A stretch of DNA of 61,679 bases, filler included, from Rhabdomonas costata (GCA_019059605.1; 18 parts of 18 records of this genome joined end to end with filler, not necessarily neighbours in it), one strand, 5' to 3'; counted from the first letter of the whole stretch, positions 27,692 to 39,407 are shown. Numbers and translations are program-made. Notes: a model not told the origin generated them from the sequence alone.

Positions 27692-27858
27692 ACAACCCCG
27701 ACGAGACCCCTGTTGTGGCGTCTGATGTGCTGGTGGAGGGCCTGGGGGAGCTAGCGAGGGTTATGGAGACTACTCTGAACATGTTCGATCAGGCCATGGA
27801 GGTCTTTCAAAAGGAGAACCCGACGGCAGCTGCGGGGGAGCAGAGCAAGCACACGTAA
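27692..27858 (+). CDS. Terminal exon resembling the C-terminus of RNA polymerase I/III subunit AC19 (RPB11-like fold)
   Basis: CAG acceptor, then NPDETPVVASDVLVEGLGELARVMETTLNMFDQAMEVFQKE...stop. The pattern A-x-D-x-L-x-x-GL-x-x-L...F resembles RPAC2/RPB11 (judged by eye). Confidence 0.45.
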
Positions 27859-28403
27859 TGCTTGCCGAGGCTGCTCGTTGTCGATCTCGATGTGCAAGGA
27901 GATCTCACTAAACTTGCCCTTCAGCTTTGCTGTGCCCTGTGACCATTTGGACTCGGGCAGCGAATGTCTCTCACCCACCTGTGTGTTTGTGGTTCAGTCA
28001 AAATTCAAGCACGTGGCCCGTCTCCGATACGGTGATCTCTTGTATAGTTCAACCAGTGGCTGACGTTTGCGGCTGTTAACCTCATGTTTCCAGGAGAGTT
28101 TCCATTTTGCCCCCCATTCTAAATTCATAAGGCGAGACAGTGCCAGAAATTTGAAGGAACGTGTACTTATTGTTATTATTTTGCAAAGTTTGGTTTCTGT
28201 TTGCACCTGAAGCAGCGCATCGTGGTCCCTGCTTTGCATTCTCCAGTCGCTGGTTGTATCTAATTGTCATTGCTGTACTCTGCCCCCCACTCCCCGTGTG
28301 TTTTTGCTCTTGCTTTCGAGTCCCTTCAGATCAATAGATTGTAAACTATGAGAAGACTTGGAATTTTAAGGTAGAGAAAGGTAGAGCTTCGTGGCCTCGC
28401 AGA

Positions 28404-30692
28404 ATGAAGCGCGTGCCCCGAAGCAGCTCTCTTCCCAAGGGGTCCCCTCCGGAAGGGTCCCCTGGGGTGCAGTATGGGATCTCCATTCCCCCGTACACCG
28501 GAGGAGGTATGCCGGTTTTGCCTGTGTTGTGCGGAGAAGTATGTCCAGCAGGCGCCTGCTATTTGGGTGGAGCGCAGTGTACTGTGTTGAGTGTTGATCT
28601 TAGCCCCTCTTGGTGAGGTTCTGAATGCCGCGGTTCCATTGCGAACCCGAAGTGCCGAGGACACCATTTCTCGCAGAATATATCGTTTCCCGTTTTGAGG
28701 CCGCATAACTGAGTCGGATCCTTTCCGCTTTGTTTTACACAAAGAGCGGCTCACACGTATATTTTTACTTGCCGCTGGTCGCTAGCATGTGTCCAAAACG
28801 ATCGGATCGGACTTCCATTCTTTCTGTGCGCGTGCCCAACAGCTTCTTTTAGAATCGTTGTATTTTCTGGAAATTTTGGCCAGTTTCATCCTTTATACAG
28901 GGGAGGGGGGTTGTCGTGCAGCTCGGCGTGGGGAGATTGCCGTGACCGTGGACAAGCTGTTGTGGAGCTCTGGCTCGCCCCCTGCACATGTCTTCGTCAC
29001 CTCTCAGTGGTGGGGGGAGCGCTCCCCGGGAGCCGTGCGCTTCCGGTGCGACTCGAGCACTCCTCTGCTTTCGTGGCTTCACTTATCATCGTTTACCCCA
29101 ACCGCCTTGTTTCTTTTGCTGGCCGGTCTGCGTTTTTTTGGATCATAGAATAACCAACCTGGGGAGGTGTTCCAGTCTTTCATGATAATGTGTAGGTCTC
29201 AAAGGCGTGATCGGATCAATCGCTTGCTTGCCTTCAACTCGTGAGGACGAAGCAAAGCGAGACAGGAATTGTCAACGGCCTTATGTGCGCACATTAGCAC
29301 AGTGAAATAGTGCGCCTAAGCATTGAAAAAATACACGGGTGCAACCTGAGCCAGGCAGCCAGCGGGAAGTCTGGAAGGGACTCCGTCCTTTTTCTTCCGC
29401 TAACGACCGCGACCAGCAGTGCTCTCTAAGCCAGCAGGACTCTCGAGCCCGGTGTCGCGATTGCGCAAAGAAAAAACGATTGCTTTGTTGAGGTCGCGGG
29501 CCGATCAGCGGTAAGCTCCCCGTTATCTGAGCGGCATCCATTTCACGGAACAGTCGAAAATGTCCGATGTCATTGGGGTGAGGTCTTTAGAGTGGATGAA
29601 TTTCACCCTCCCCACCTCTCCGCTTGACGGCCGGTGTCTCTGCTCGGGATGTGCATCTCTTGGTACCACTTGGATTTTTTGAACTCCCTGCGGCTCAGGC
29701 CAGCCCTTTCCATGGAGCAGCAGCATCAGTCCACTGCGGTGTTCCCTGTGGTGACCTCCAAGGACAGCCTAGCTGCCTATCTTCGGGGTGTGCTGCGCAG
29801 CCGCTTGAGTTTGACGGAGAGAGGCATAGGGGGAGGGGGGGAGACATGAGGTCACGTTTTGAGTTGCTTTCTGGATTTTGAAATTTGATCATGTCTCGTA
29901 GCCGCTGTGTTTGCGGCTTTCGTCTTTGGCAGCGTGCGAGCAGCTAAGTACATGTTCGCCGCGATTGAAATTGTGCACCTTTTTTGCAGATATGGGGGAG
30001 GGGTTTGAGCTGTTTGTCATGGTGGACATCCCCAGACAGGTCGTGCTGGGCCGGGCCAGGCTTAACTTTGCAAAGCTTTGCGAGGAGAAGTACATCGAAG
30101 GGTCGGCTTCCCCTGCCCTCCTGTCGGGACACCCCACCCCTGTTCCTCTACGTTTCTTTTCTCCAACTTTCATTCTTCCGCAGTAGATTGTATGGTGTTG
30201 GGGTTTGCCCACAGATAGGCATACTTTGCGCCCAAGACGTTTCCTGATGTGGACAAGATGTTAAGAGATGGCTACTCAGGTCTTCAAACCCTCACACTTA
30301 CGAAGCATAAAAATAGCAACAAGTAGTGAAATGCAGTGACATGGGGCTTTTAAAAGGTGTGGAGGATGGCCCAAGCCCGGAGACGAAGATGAGTGATTGT
30401 CCTCGATGTACTTCATTTCTGGAGTGTTTTGCGCCCGCTCCCACCCTCGAACACGCAGTCACACGCGGTTGTACCGGACAATAAAGGTGGTACCCCGTCC
30501 TTGCCGAGGGGGCTCTCACGCCCATTGCACGGCTGCGGGCACACGTCGCGCTGCGGCTATCTTCTGGGGAGCCCGGGGGTACCCCCGCAGCAATGGCGTT
30601 TCCCCGGTCTCCTGCGGAGGTTCCCGGGGGGACTGCGTCTCCGCCCGCAGGGTCTCTCCCGCAGGCCGCCGTCCCTGCCGGCGAACAATTCA
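28404..30692 (+). CDS. C2CD3: C2CD3-like centriolar/ciliary protein, N-terminal C2 domain
   Basis: Exons 28404-28506, 28922-29045, 29699-29787, 29990-30101 and 30487-~30692 join in phase. The product ISIPPYTGG..IAVTVDKLLW..VFVTSQWWGE..SLAAYLRDMG..LGRARL..IEGWYPV..IARLRAHVAL parallels C2CD3 SLPP..LTV..VIW..VRWWGE..FTSYLTDM..IGRVQI..INGFF. Confidence 0.8.
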
Positions 30693-30872
30693 GTGTGCAT
30701 CCTCGTTCCCCACGGTTGCGGTTATGCTCGATGTCCATACCATTACGCAGGATGATGATTTCACAAAACAAANNNNNNNNNNNNNNNNNNNNNNNNNNNN
30801 NNNNNNNNNNNNNNNNTTAATTAATTAANNNNNNNNNNNNNNNNNNNNNNNNNNNNNNNNNNNNNNNNNNNN

Positions 30873-31675
30873 GTGTGGGGGGTGAGGTGAGGGTTGCGTT
30901 GGGTGTGGTTGCCATCTTCTAGCGGCATGCTTGCGTGGGTTGGGCGTAGTGCTGTGGGTGTGTTGCGTACGGTGGTGGTGGGTGGTGAGCGTGAGCGTTG
31001 GACGTGGTTCATCTGTGGGTTGTCGACGTATTCTTGGATTCTGACCTTGGGTGTTGTTACCAGAGTTGACGGCTTCGGATCAACGGTATCCTTACTCAAG
31101 TCCTATATAGCTACGCCTGTGAGTCTGGGGGAGGGGGAGGCGAGTCATGTCATCACGTCACGCTTGTGGCCAAGGTGGTATGACCTCATCTACAACATTA
31201 TGCGTGGGGGATAAGCACAGGACGGGTAGTCGGCCGTGAGGTTCGCACCGCCATCCGCATCCCACGTGTAGCCGTAGCTTACGTTATGGTTCCTCAATCA
31301 GCATGGTAGCGCGTGGTACGGTAAAACCGAGGCTGTCGTGGTAGCATTGGCAACCATAGCAGTAGTTGGGTACAGCAGTGTGGTGTGGTAGGACACTGTT
31401 GTATGGCCATTTGGCACCACAGTAGATAGACGTACACGCCAACGTCGGGGCTCTGTTACCCTGTTAGTAGCGTTTACGGATGTGTGCTGACTCATGGTGT
31501 TGGTCTTGGCGTAGGTCGTAGCATAGCGGGTAGGGTTACACTTCCCCTCTATGTGTGTACCGTACCAAGCCAACATTAGGGTGAGGTCAACCATGGCATA
31601 ACGTCAACTCTTCATCGTGGGGGTAGGGGTGTCACAACCCTGTCAATCCTTTGCTTTGAGTGGGGTGATGTTGTG
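30873..31675 (-). pseudogene. nad7: Mitochondrial-type nad7 frame: putative A-to-I/C-to-U edited cryptogene, or a degenerate copy; truncated by the contig end
   Basis: One frame of about 268 codons, broken only by 4 TGA and 2 TAG. It is colinear with Nad7 motifs: G..PTPTM.S......D........GT..IE.K, LRNH, D.GA.LT, R..GVA..DL, RIQE......N...R.R, AL.....SMPL.DG, NPHLTPH (cf. DLR...PY). Confidence 0.7.
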
Positions 31676-31850
31676 TTATGGCATGGTGTCATCTCTTGCT
31701 GAGTAGGCATGGGCATTACAACCCTGTCAGTCCTCCGCTTCAAGGGGTGGTGTCATGTTGTGGTAAAGACATGGCATCCAACCCTCTGCATCGGGTAGTG
31801 GCGTAACAACCACGTCAATCCTCTGCATGGGGTCAGGATGGTGTGATGGA
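31630..31850 (+). repeat. Degenerate triple repeat, about 84-88 bp period
   Basis: The core ACAACCmyGTCArTCCTyyGC occurs at ~31634, ~31718 and ~31806. Confidence 0.7.
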
Positions 31851-32799
31851 CTCAGCCCTTCGTGACGGCTTCAACAACGGTCATAGCATCATCATCCCTG
31901 GTACATCCAACCTTGGATGCTGTTGTTGTGACCCATGTTGATGTTGAGCCAACCACTTCCGGTGTGGTGGAGAGCACAGTAAGGGCATGTCCTGTTGTAC
32001 GCCTCATGCTGCTGTTACCATCCTCCGAGGTGTGGTGTCAGGGCGTTCCCTGGTTGCCTGATGCTTTCTCTTGATGCGTAGGAGTGTCACCGCTTCTTGT
32101 GTCGAGGGAGGTGTTGGAGTGCCCTGGGTGTGTTCTGTCATCCTAGTGGTTATGGGCATTGGCACCATCCATGCCTTATGTCAGCCCAGCATCCCTCCGA
32201 AGTCACCACGGGGGTTCATGGCCACTGCAAATTCGCAGTGAGCGTAACCGTGACAGAGGCGGAGCGAGCGTAGAGACACGTACCGTTGAAGCCTCGAACC
32301 ACCACACCCACTGTCCCGGTTGGCTCATCCTAGGGGTAGAGTGATGGTATGCATGTATCCCACTCTATGCCTTCTGTGGTGATGCGCCATGTCCACCAAC
32401 CCGTAGCGATACGTGGAAGGAGGGATGTTGACCCTAGCAGCAGGAGTGTCAGAGAGAGAGAGAGGCCGATGCACGAAGCTGCCACTTCCACCCCAACCAC
32501 CCATCGACACAGAGGGCGTAACGGTGATGATGGCTGACAACCACCACCGGAGGGACCACGAAGCAGGAATTCCACCTCTGCGTAACGGAGGGCCTTCCAA
32601 GTGATGAGTGTGTTGGGCGCATTGCGCGCTGGCTGTTGCCTGGTTGACTGGTTGACTGGTGTGTATGTAATTCCACCGCTCATGGAGTGGAGAGAGGATG
32701 CATGAAGGCTGACCCTAATAACCCTAACATGAAAGAGGGTAATGGGTAGGAGTGAAAGGGCTCCGCAGGAACACCTCTCCCTGAGTTCAAGGTGTCATG

Positions 32800-33500
32800 T
32801 TGAGTGAGTGGAAGCACCTTATGGTGGTGGAACGAACGATGGTAGAGTTGAGTGGGAGTGATGTTGGGTGAACGAACCGCCTTATGGCGGTGGAGTGAAC
32901 CATGGTTGAGAGGAGGGACGCGAAGCGGACCGACGATGAGGATACAAAGATGAAGAGTCGCATCTTCGGATACGCTCAGATGCTGCACCTTTACTCCACC
33001 TGTTCCGTCGTCGCTACGCTCCTCCTCCACCTTTCTATCGATCACGTAAGCATAGTTCACTCCCCACCATAAGGTGGTACGTTCACAGGGTCACATTCAC
33101 ACTCGTCGTCACTGCGTTCCTCCTCCTGTTCATGTTCCTTGGATGTTGGTCGTCGTGATGCTCGGTGCCTCTTGAGGGAAGAATGATGCTGATGTTACTA
33201 CGGCATGTGACTGCATGCCTTCGTGTAAGAGGGAAAGGGTGAATTCCACTCCCTGAGTTCATGGGTCGTCACATTCACACTCGCTCAATTCCTTCGCTCC
33301 TGTTCATGTTCCTTGGATGTTGGGCATTCTTACTTCCTGTCGGAAACTCGCTACGCTCGTTCCCCCCACTCAGTCGTCACATTCACACTCGCTACGCTCC
33401 TGTTCATGTTCCTCTTTGTGTATGTCGTCGCTACGCTCCTGCTCTTTCTTGGTCGGTCGTCACTGCGTTCCTCCCTCCTATGTATGCTTTCTTTTGATCA
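32800..33500. repeat. Structured non-coding block (hairpins, inverted repeat, CGCTACGCTC motif cluster); putative constant/control region
   Basis: Inverted repeat 32868-32900 / 33055-33086. Three copies of GTCACATTCACACTCG...CTCCTGTTCATGTTCC (~33090, ~33268, ~33376). Several TCGCTACGCTC motifs. Exact motifs are shared with 49834-50112. Confidence 0.8.
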
Positions 33501-35228
33501 CGTGTCGTCAGGATGCTCAGTCCTTCGCATATGCCGGCAGCCCGCGCTGCTCCGTTTCCGCTCGTGTCTCAGAGGCTCCGCCCACTTTTTGGTGGAGGGG
33601 TGTGCGCCCTTATCTCGTTAAAACGCACAATCGGTCTTTTCCTTCGGTGCCTCTGGTGTGTGTGTGTGTGTGGTGGAGGAGGGGGGGGGGCAAGGACTCG
33701 AAGGACGCCCCCAAAGTCTGGTTGCAATGCCCAAGCTCTCAACGGGAGCAAACTCTGCCCGAACAAAGGAACAAGACTGTGATGGCTATGATGTTAAAAG
33801 CGATGGAATCGTGCCAAACTTGCTTTGCAGAGCACTTTGAGTTCAGAAAGATGCTCTGGACTTCTGCCCTCCCCATGTGGCAAATCTTGTCTGGAACCAT
33901 CTGGGACCAGCGCTCATTAAGCGACTGGCAGCTCTAGCCTGCCAGGCGGGATCAGGGAATTCGGTCACAAAGCGGAATAACCTCAACACGAAATAAAGAT
34001 TAGCCCGTTGAGGGTGGGTGGGTGGTAATAAAAAGCAGAAGTTTTGTTGGAGGAATATCCTCATTGAGGTGGCCTTTGGGACAAAACTCAAAAACTCAGA
34101 ACTCAGAAATACACAGAAATACTCGAAACTCGGCTGGTGTACGAAAAGTGAGGAACTGGGATGAAGAGTAGAAAGGAAAGAAGGTCAAGATATACAACCA
34201 AAANNNNNNNNNNNNNNNNNNNNNNNNNNNNNNNNNNNNNNNNNNNNTTAATTAATTAANNNNNNNNNNNNNNNNNNNNNNNNNNNNNNNNNNNNNNNNN
34301 NNNTTTTGGGTTTTAAGGGGACGTCTCCCTCCTCAACGCATATACCCCTTTCTTTCCCGACCCTCTCTGTTGTAACATATTGCTTATTTCCTCGTGTTCA
34401 TTATTCGCTCGACCTGTTTGCTTTGTTCTTCTCGTGCCTCTGTAGTTTCTTGTTTCCTTCCCGTGTCGAATCTTTGCAGCGCGCTTTGCAGCTGTGCAAT
34501 GGTTTTTCTCTCTGAACTGCTCAACACCTGACATCGAACGTACCTGTTCCCAGGATTTCCCCAGGAGGCTACAGATCATATTTACGACGTACAATATATA
34601 TTGCATTGATATATATTGCATGTCAGGCTCGTTCCGGCCCAACCTGGTAAATAAATAAAATAAACGAGTGAAGAGTGAAGTGTCAAAACACACCGAGAAC
34701 ATTCAAGAAGCAGCAGACCAGGAGCACAATGATCGGCTCCGTGGAGCTGGCCCCCATCCTTCCACCACGTCGACGCGGGCAAAAATTCAGTTACAAGGAA
34801 TAGCAAAAGAAATAAAAAAAGGAAAGAAACACAAGCAGGCGTTTGTGAATAAAACTTGACCTGTGACCAATGAAGCTTAACCTGAAAAACAAAAGGCACC
34901 TCTAAATTGTGCCAAACTGTGTCAATTAGTGAAGCTGTGAACATTTTCGGACAAAATGCACTCTCACGCGCTGAGAATGCATGCAACACGTGCCGATGCC
35001 AAACAGTTGCTGTTCGAGCTTCCGGCAGCGGCGTTACAAAGATAAGCCGATGCTCTTGCCCTTTATTCTCGTATTTATCTTTGTCACTTCATTTTCACAT
35101 AGGAGAACTAAGTTGGTGCAGAGGAAAGGAAAGGGGTTCAGTGGGAGCACGCCTGTGTCCCACACTCGTTTGATTATTACTTCTGCCACCAGTATATTCA
35201 CCAATGTGAACGTCAATGAATGTTGAAC

Positions 35229-36179
35229 ATGGGTGGCGTATTTGAGCCTCTCCTGCTCCGCGTGAAGAAACGGTGAGAACGGTTTTTGCGGTTTGGGTTT
35301 TTCAGTGAGATGGCTTTCGAATGCTTCCACCACTTTTTTTATCCTGAGTCTATTTCGCCGCAGGGGGGTTGGGTGGGTTGGGTGCAGTACCACATCATAT
35401 ACGAGGGGCAATTTTTTTGGCTTTATTAAATTACCGTACACCTCCAATTAGGGTAACTCAGAGCTCCATCTGGGACCTAGATGGACTGAACTAGAGAACT
35501 AGAGACGGATGCACTTTTATGAGTAGGGACGGTCTTGTTTTGAAAATATAGGAGCCTCAAGAAGCAGTAAGGGCTATTTTCTAACGTTTCCCACCAAGAC
35601 GGAACAAAATAGAATTTCGACCATTTTCCAATTATATAAAACGCTCCCGTGAAAACCTTCATCTCACATATTCAAGGTGATTCGCCCACTGTGTCCATCG
35701 ACCAAGCGAGGTCAAGCAGAAAGAACAAAAGCACAGGTCTGGGTTCGAACACCATTGAAGCATCGGCTGCACGATGGACGGCAAGAATTACAGACAGAAA
35801 TGCAAGGGACACCACAGAAAAGTCAAAGCGAATGAAACGGAAGAGCAACCCGTTCTCATTGCTTTTGCTTTGTTTTTCTGGTACACACAGAGTACTTTAC
35901 AAGTTCATCATAGTAAGCCTTCATCCTGCAAAACCAAACAAACTCACAAAATAGTGAACCACATCCGCAGGGCAAAGCACTTCAAACAAGTGCATACCAG
36001 TCCTTTCTGCGGTGGGTCCTCCGGTCCTCCTGAATTCAAGAAAAACATCATCGTCATTCTGGCAACGCATTTACAAACAAAGAAGAGGGCGAAACCGAAG
36101 AAACCAAGCTCACAAACTTCTTGGTACTGGCGAAGCATGCGGCTGAACTCTTGGTCCTCCGCGGGAGGCTCAACCGGCG
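35229..36179 (-). CDS. Probable multi-exon gene of unknown function, partial
   Basis: Short phase-compatible AG/GT-bounded exons: 36179-36118, 36058-35998, 35766-35753, 35476-35442, 35349-35229 (…LRIKKVVEAFESHLTEKPKPQKPFSPFLHAEQERLKY). Confidence 0.4.
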
Positions 36180-37966
36180 CTAACAAAACAAAAATGTAAC
36201 CGCTTGAGAGAAATGCAACCAGAAAAGAGCGAGTGTGTGGGAGGAGGGAGTTCAGCTCACACCACAGTAACGTGGGCTGTAGAAACCAGTAAAGCGAGAA
36301 AGGCCCGTGCCCCCGTAGAGCATCTTTCCCGGGCTGGAGGAAGTTTCTGTGTCAAAAGTCGTGGGAAGTCGCAGCACAAAACAAAAGGCAACACTCACCA
36401 AAAAGCATGAAATGATAGGCAAACCTGCAAACCGTCGCCTTGAATCTGCTGCTGCTACAGCCTAAACAAATACAGCAGCTGAAATAAAAACCAGCCTGTC
36501 TTAGTATCTGGGTGCGTGCCGAAATGCCGTCTGACGCCTTCTGAATTCTTCCAGTTTGCGTTTCGAAATACACCCATAACTTTTCGGTTTTCTTCGCCGT
36601 GGGGCCGTGAATTAGCAGAGGCTGAGCTAAAACACTATTTCCACAGTCAGGAGCAGCGCAGAATGGAGGAGATGAGAGGGGGTGAGAATGACCACGACCC
36701 TTGGTCCCACAACTTGGGACCAAGGGTGCAACAACCACAAAAAAGGGTTGAATACCATACCGGTCTTGTGCTTTCATTGAGAACAAGACTACCTTCAGTG
36801 GCGATGATTCCAGATCGAAGCTGAAAAAAGCAAACAAGACCGTGCAAGCACTCAGTTAAGTGTTTCTTTCCTGAAGAACATGGAAACCCGGCAGCCAATG
36901 ACACATTTTCCACAGCAGGCGATGGAAGTAATTCAATTGGAAAAAAGACTGTTCTCAAAGTGCGCATTCGAAGACGACCAGGATACAACAAGAGAGTGTT
37001 GTAAAATGCACAGAAGATGCTCAAGTGAAACGCTGAAGCACCCCCCAACAAAAAATAAAAGAAAGCACCTTCTCAATGTACCTGATTCATTCGCTGCTGC
37101 GAGGAATCTGGGAGACAGACGCGTGAAGTGTAAAGGTGCCAAAGTGTTGCCGTTCCATTAAACAGCATTGTATTCCGTTGATTCTTTTTTCAAGAAGGAC
37201 GTGCGTGAACTACTTTGGAACCACTGGGACATGCCCATAATGACTTTATTGTTTCTTTTGCCAAAAACCAGCACAGTATCACGGCAAACACAGCCTTGAT
37301 ACTAGGTAGACGCAAGACGCTGCTAAGTAGACGCAAGTCGCGAAGGAGACCCATTTTCCATATGCACAGGAAGCATGCAACAAAAACAACAAAAGTCATG
37401 TGCAAGGCGGTTTCTATATAAAAAAAACAGCATGGACAGAACAAAACGGAACGCTTACGTTACAAGGCTGGAAGAGAATCTGTTGCACTTTTCTAAATCA
37501 CCCCTTTTCACCCAAAGAAGAATTCTTTAGACCGTTCGAAACGAACTTTGAAACAAAAAAGAACCTGCAGTTCCGAGGTCACACACTTGATCTTGACAAT
37601 AACATTACGACATAGCTACAAAAAAAACANNNNNNNNNNNNNNNNNNNNNNNNNNNNNNNNNNNNNNNNNNNNTTAATTAATTAANNNNNNNNNNNNNNN
37701 NNNNNNNNNNNNNNNNNNNNNNNNNNNNNGTACGGGGGGAGGGGGTGAAATGGCATTGTTAGGCTTTCCTTCTAGGCTCTTTTTTCTGTCTCATCGCACA
37801 TGATTTGGTATTTTCAAAGGCTTGGAAAATAGTGGTGGGCTGTTAAAAAGAAAGGCCTGTGAATGGCTGTAGAAAGAATCATCTTTTGTGGCGCTTGTCG
37901 TTTACCATTTCATGTTTCGTCTCCCCTCCTTCTCCGAACCTGTCTAGCGGGTGCTTACCGGTGCAG

Positions 37967-39407
37967 GTCACTGAAAACGACCTTACGGTCGTGATGGCCA
38001 CCCGCTTGGACTATGTGCGATGCATCAGCTTCTGCGCCATTCTCTCCACAAGCCACAGCAACGAGCTGTGCATGTGCCCCGAGGAGCTGCCCCAGAGCTG
38101 CGCGCTGTGTAGGTCGTGCTGCCCGCTGAGCAAGGGCCGCCAGCCCCCTTACGCCGAGATCCTCCACTCGGCCTGCGACAACTCCGCGGAGATACCCTTG
38201 GTTCAGATTCACGGCAGCGTTCGTGAGCCCAACACCATCGTGTTCTCCCGTGAGGGATACCGCGACGTATGGCACACACATCAGACACCAGGCTGGGGTG
38301 TGGCAAAGGCACTGATGCAGCGCGAGGTTGTATGTGCGGGCTGTTTGAAATCATGCACATTAGTGCTCGTCCGAACTCCGGCACGTGAACAGCCGCGAAA
38401 AGCGCAGTGTGCGTCGTATTTCACGCGCGCTGTGGTTTTTTGAAAAAGAACGCCGCCCTCGTGCTCGCGTTAAAAGAAAGGCGGGTTGCGCTGATCTCGA
38501 AACAAACCCCACAAAGAATATACAGGTGACTCAGGGGGGAAAGCGTACGACTAACTGGAGGGAAAACCCATTTGCTCCTTACCCTCTTCGGGGAAGCAAG
38601 GCGCAAACCCTCTCCGGTACCACTCCTACTCACTTTTAAGCTCTCCCCTTACGTTTGCAGGCCTGGCCGAAAGCTCAGGCTCAGATTGCCGCAGGCCATT
38701 CGAAGCTGAGTTGCTGACTTGAAAAGTCCTTAAAAGGTCCAAAATGGACTGAGATGAACAGGTGGGCCAAAAGTATTTCTACCCCCCACCGGCAGAGGAG
38801 GACAGAAAAAGCGAGAAAAAAGTGGAGTTCTTGGTCCCAATTGGGTCAAAAAACCATACCCCAAGCATTCTCTCGTTTTTTCACCTTTTTGCCATAACCA
38901 TGACCGAGACCCTGACCCCTTGAAAAGCGTACACCCAACACACACAGTCTTTCCTTCAATAAAACAAACAAACCTCCGCTTCCTCGTCTTCAGTTCTATG
39001 AGTCCCTTCCTGATTCCGTTCTGTAGTGGTGAAGGCGATCAATGAGGCCATGCATATAGCTGAGCTTGGCAACGTGGTTATGCAACTTTTTTTTTTGCTG
39101 TTTAGGCCTGTTTCAGCCCAAACTCTGGAGAATTAGCAGAGGCTCGAGACATACGAGACATGTGTTGTGCAGTGCATATCGGATTTGATCCGAATTTTTT
39201 GGGGGCATGGCTGCTGTCAGTGTTGTTGTTTTTAACCCTTTATAACAATCCGTTTTTGTTCCTGGGATGTGGTGCTTCCCATTGCCGTGTTTGCTACCAC
39301 AGCTTTTGCAGTCGGCGCCCAACTACCACCGCTTTCTGAAGGACCTAATGATCAACCGTACCATTTTGTACCTGGGGTTAAGCTTTGCAGATGACTACTT
39401 CAATGAG
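37967..39407 (+). CDS. SIR2-like domain protein (SIR2_2 type), partial
   Basis: Exons 37967-38266 and 39303-39407 splice to PLVQIHGSVREPNTIVFSREGYRDLLQSAPNYHRFLKDLMINRTILYLGLSFADDYF. This is the HGS...IV.T...Y...L..L....LFLG.S..D pattern of SIR2_2 domains. Confidence 0.85.

Noticed and set aside
31018-31050. VRIQEYVDN as a reverse-transcriptase YxDD-like motif of a VIPER/TATE/DIRS retroelement
   Set aside because: The rest of the frame fits Nad7 at many more positions with correct spacing (RIDE...N...R, GV..DL, DLR..PY). No RNase H or tyrosine-recombinase motif is visible. An HMM search would settle it.
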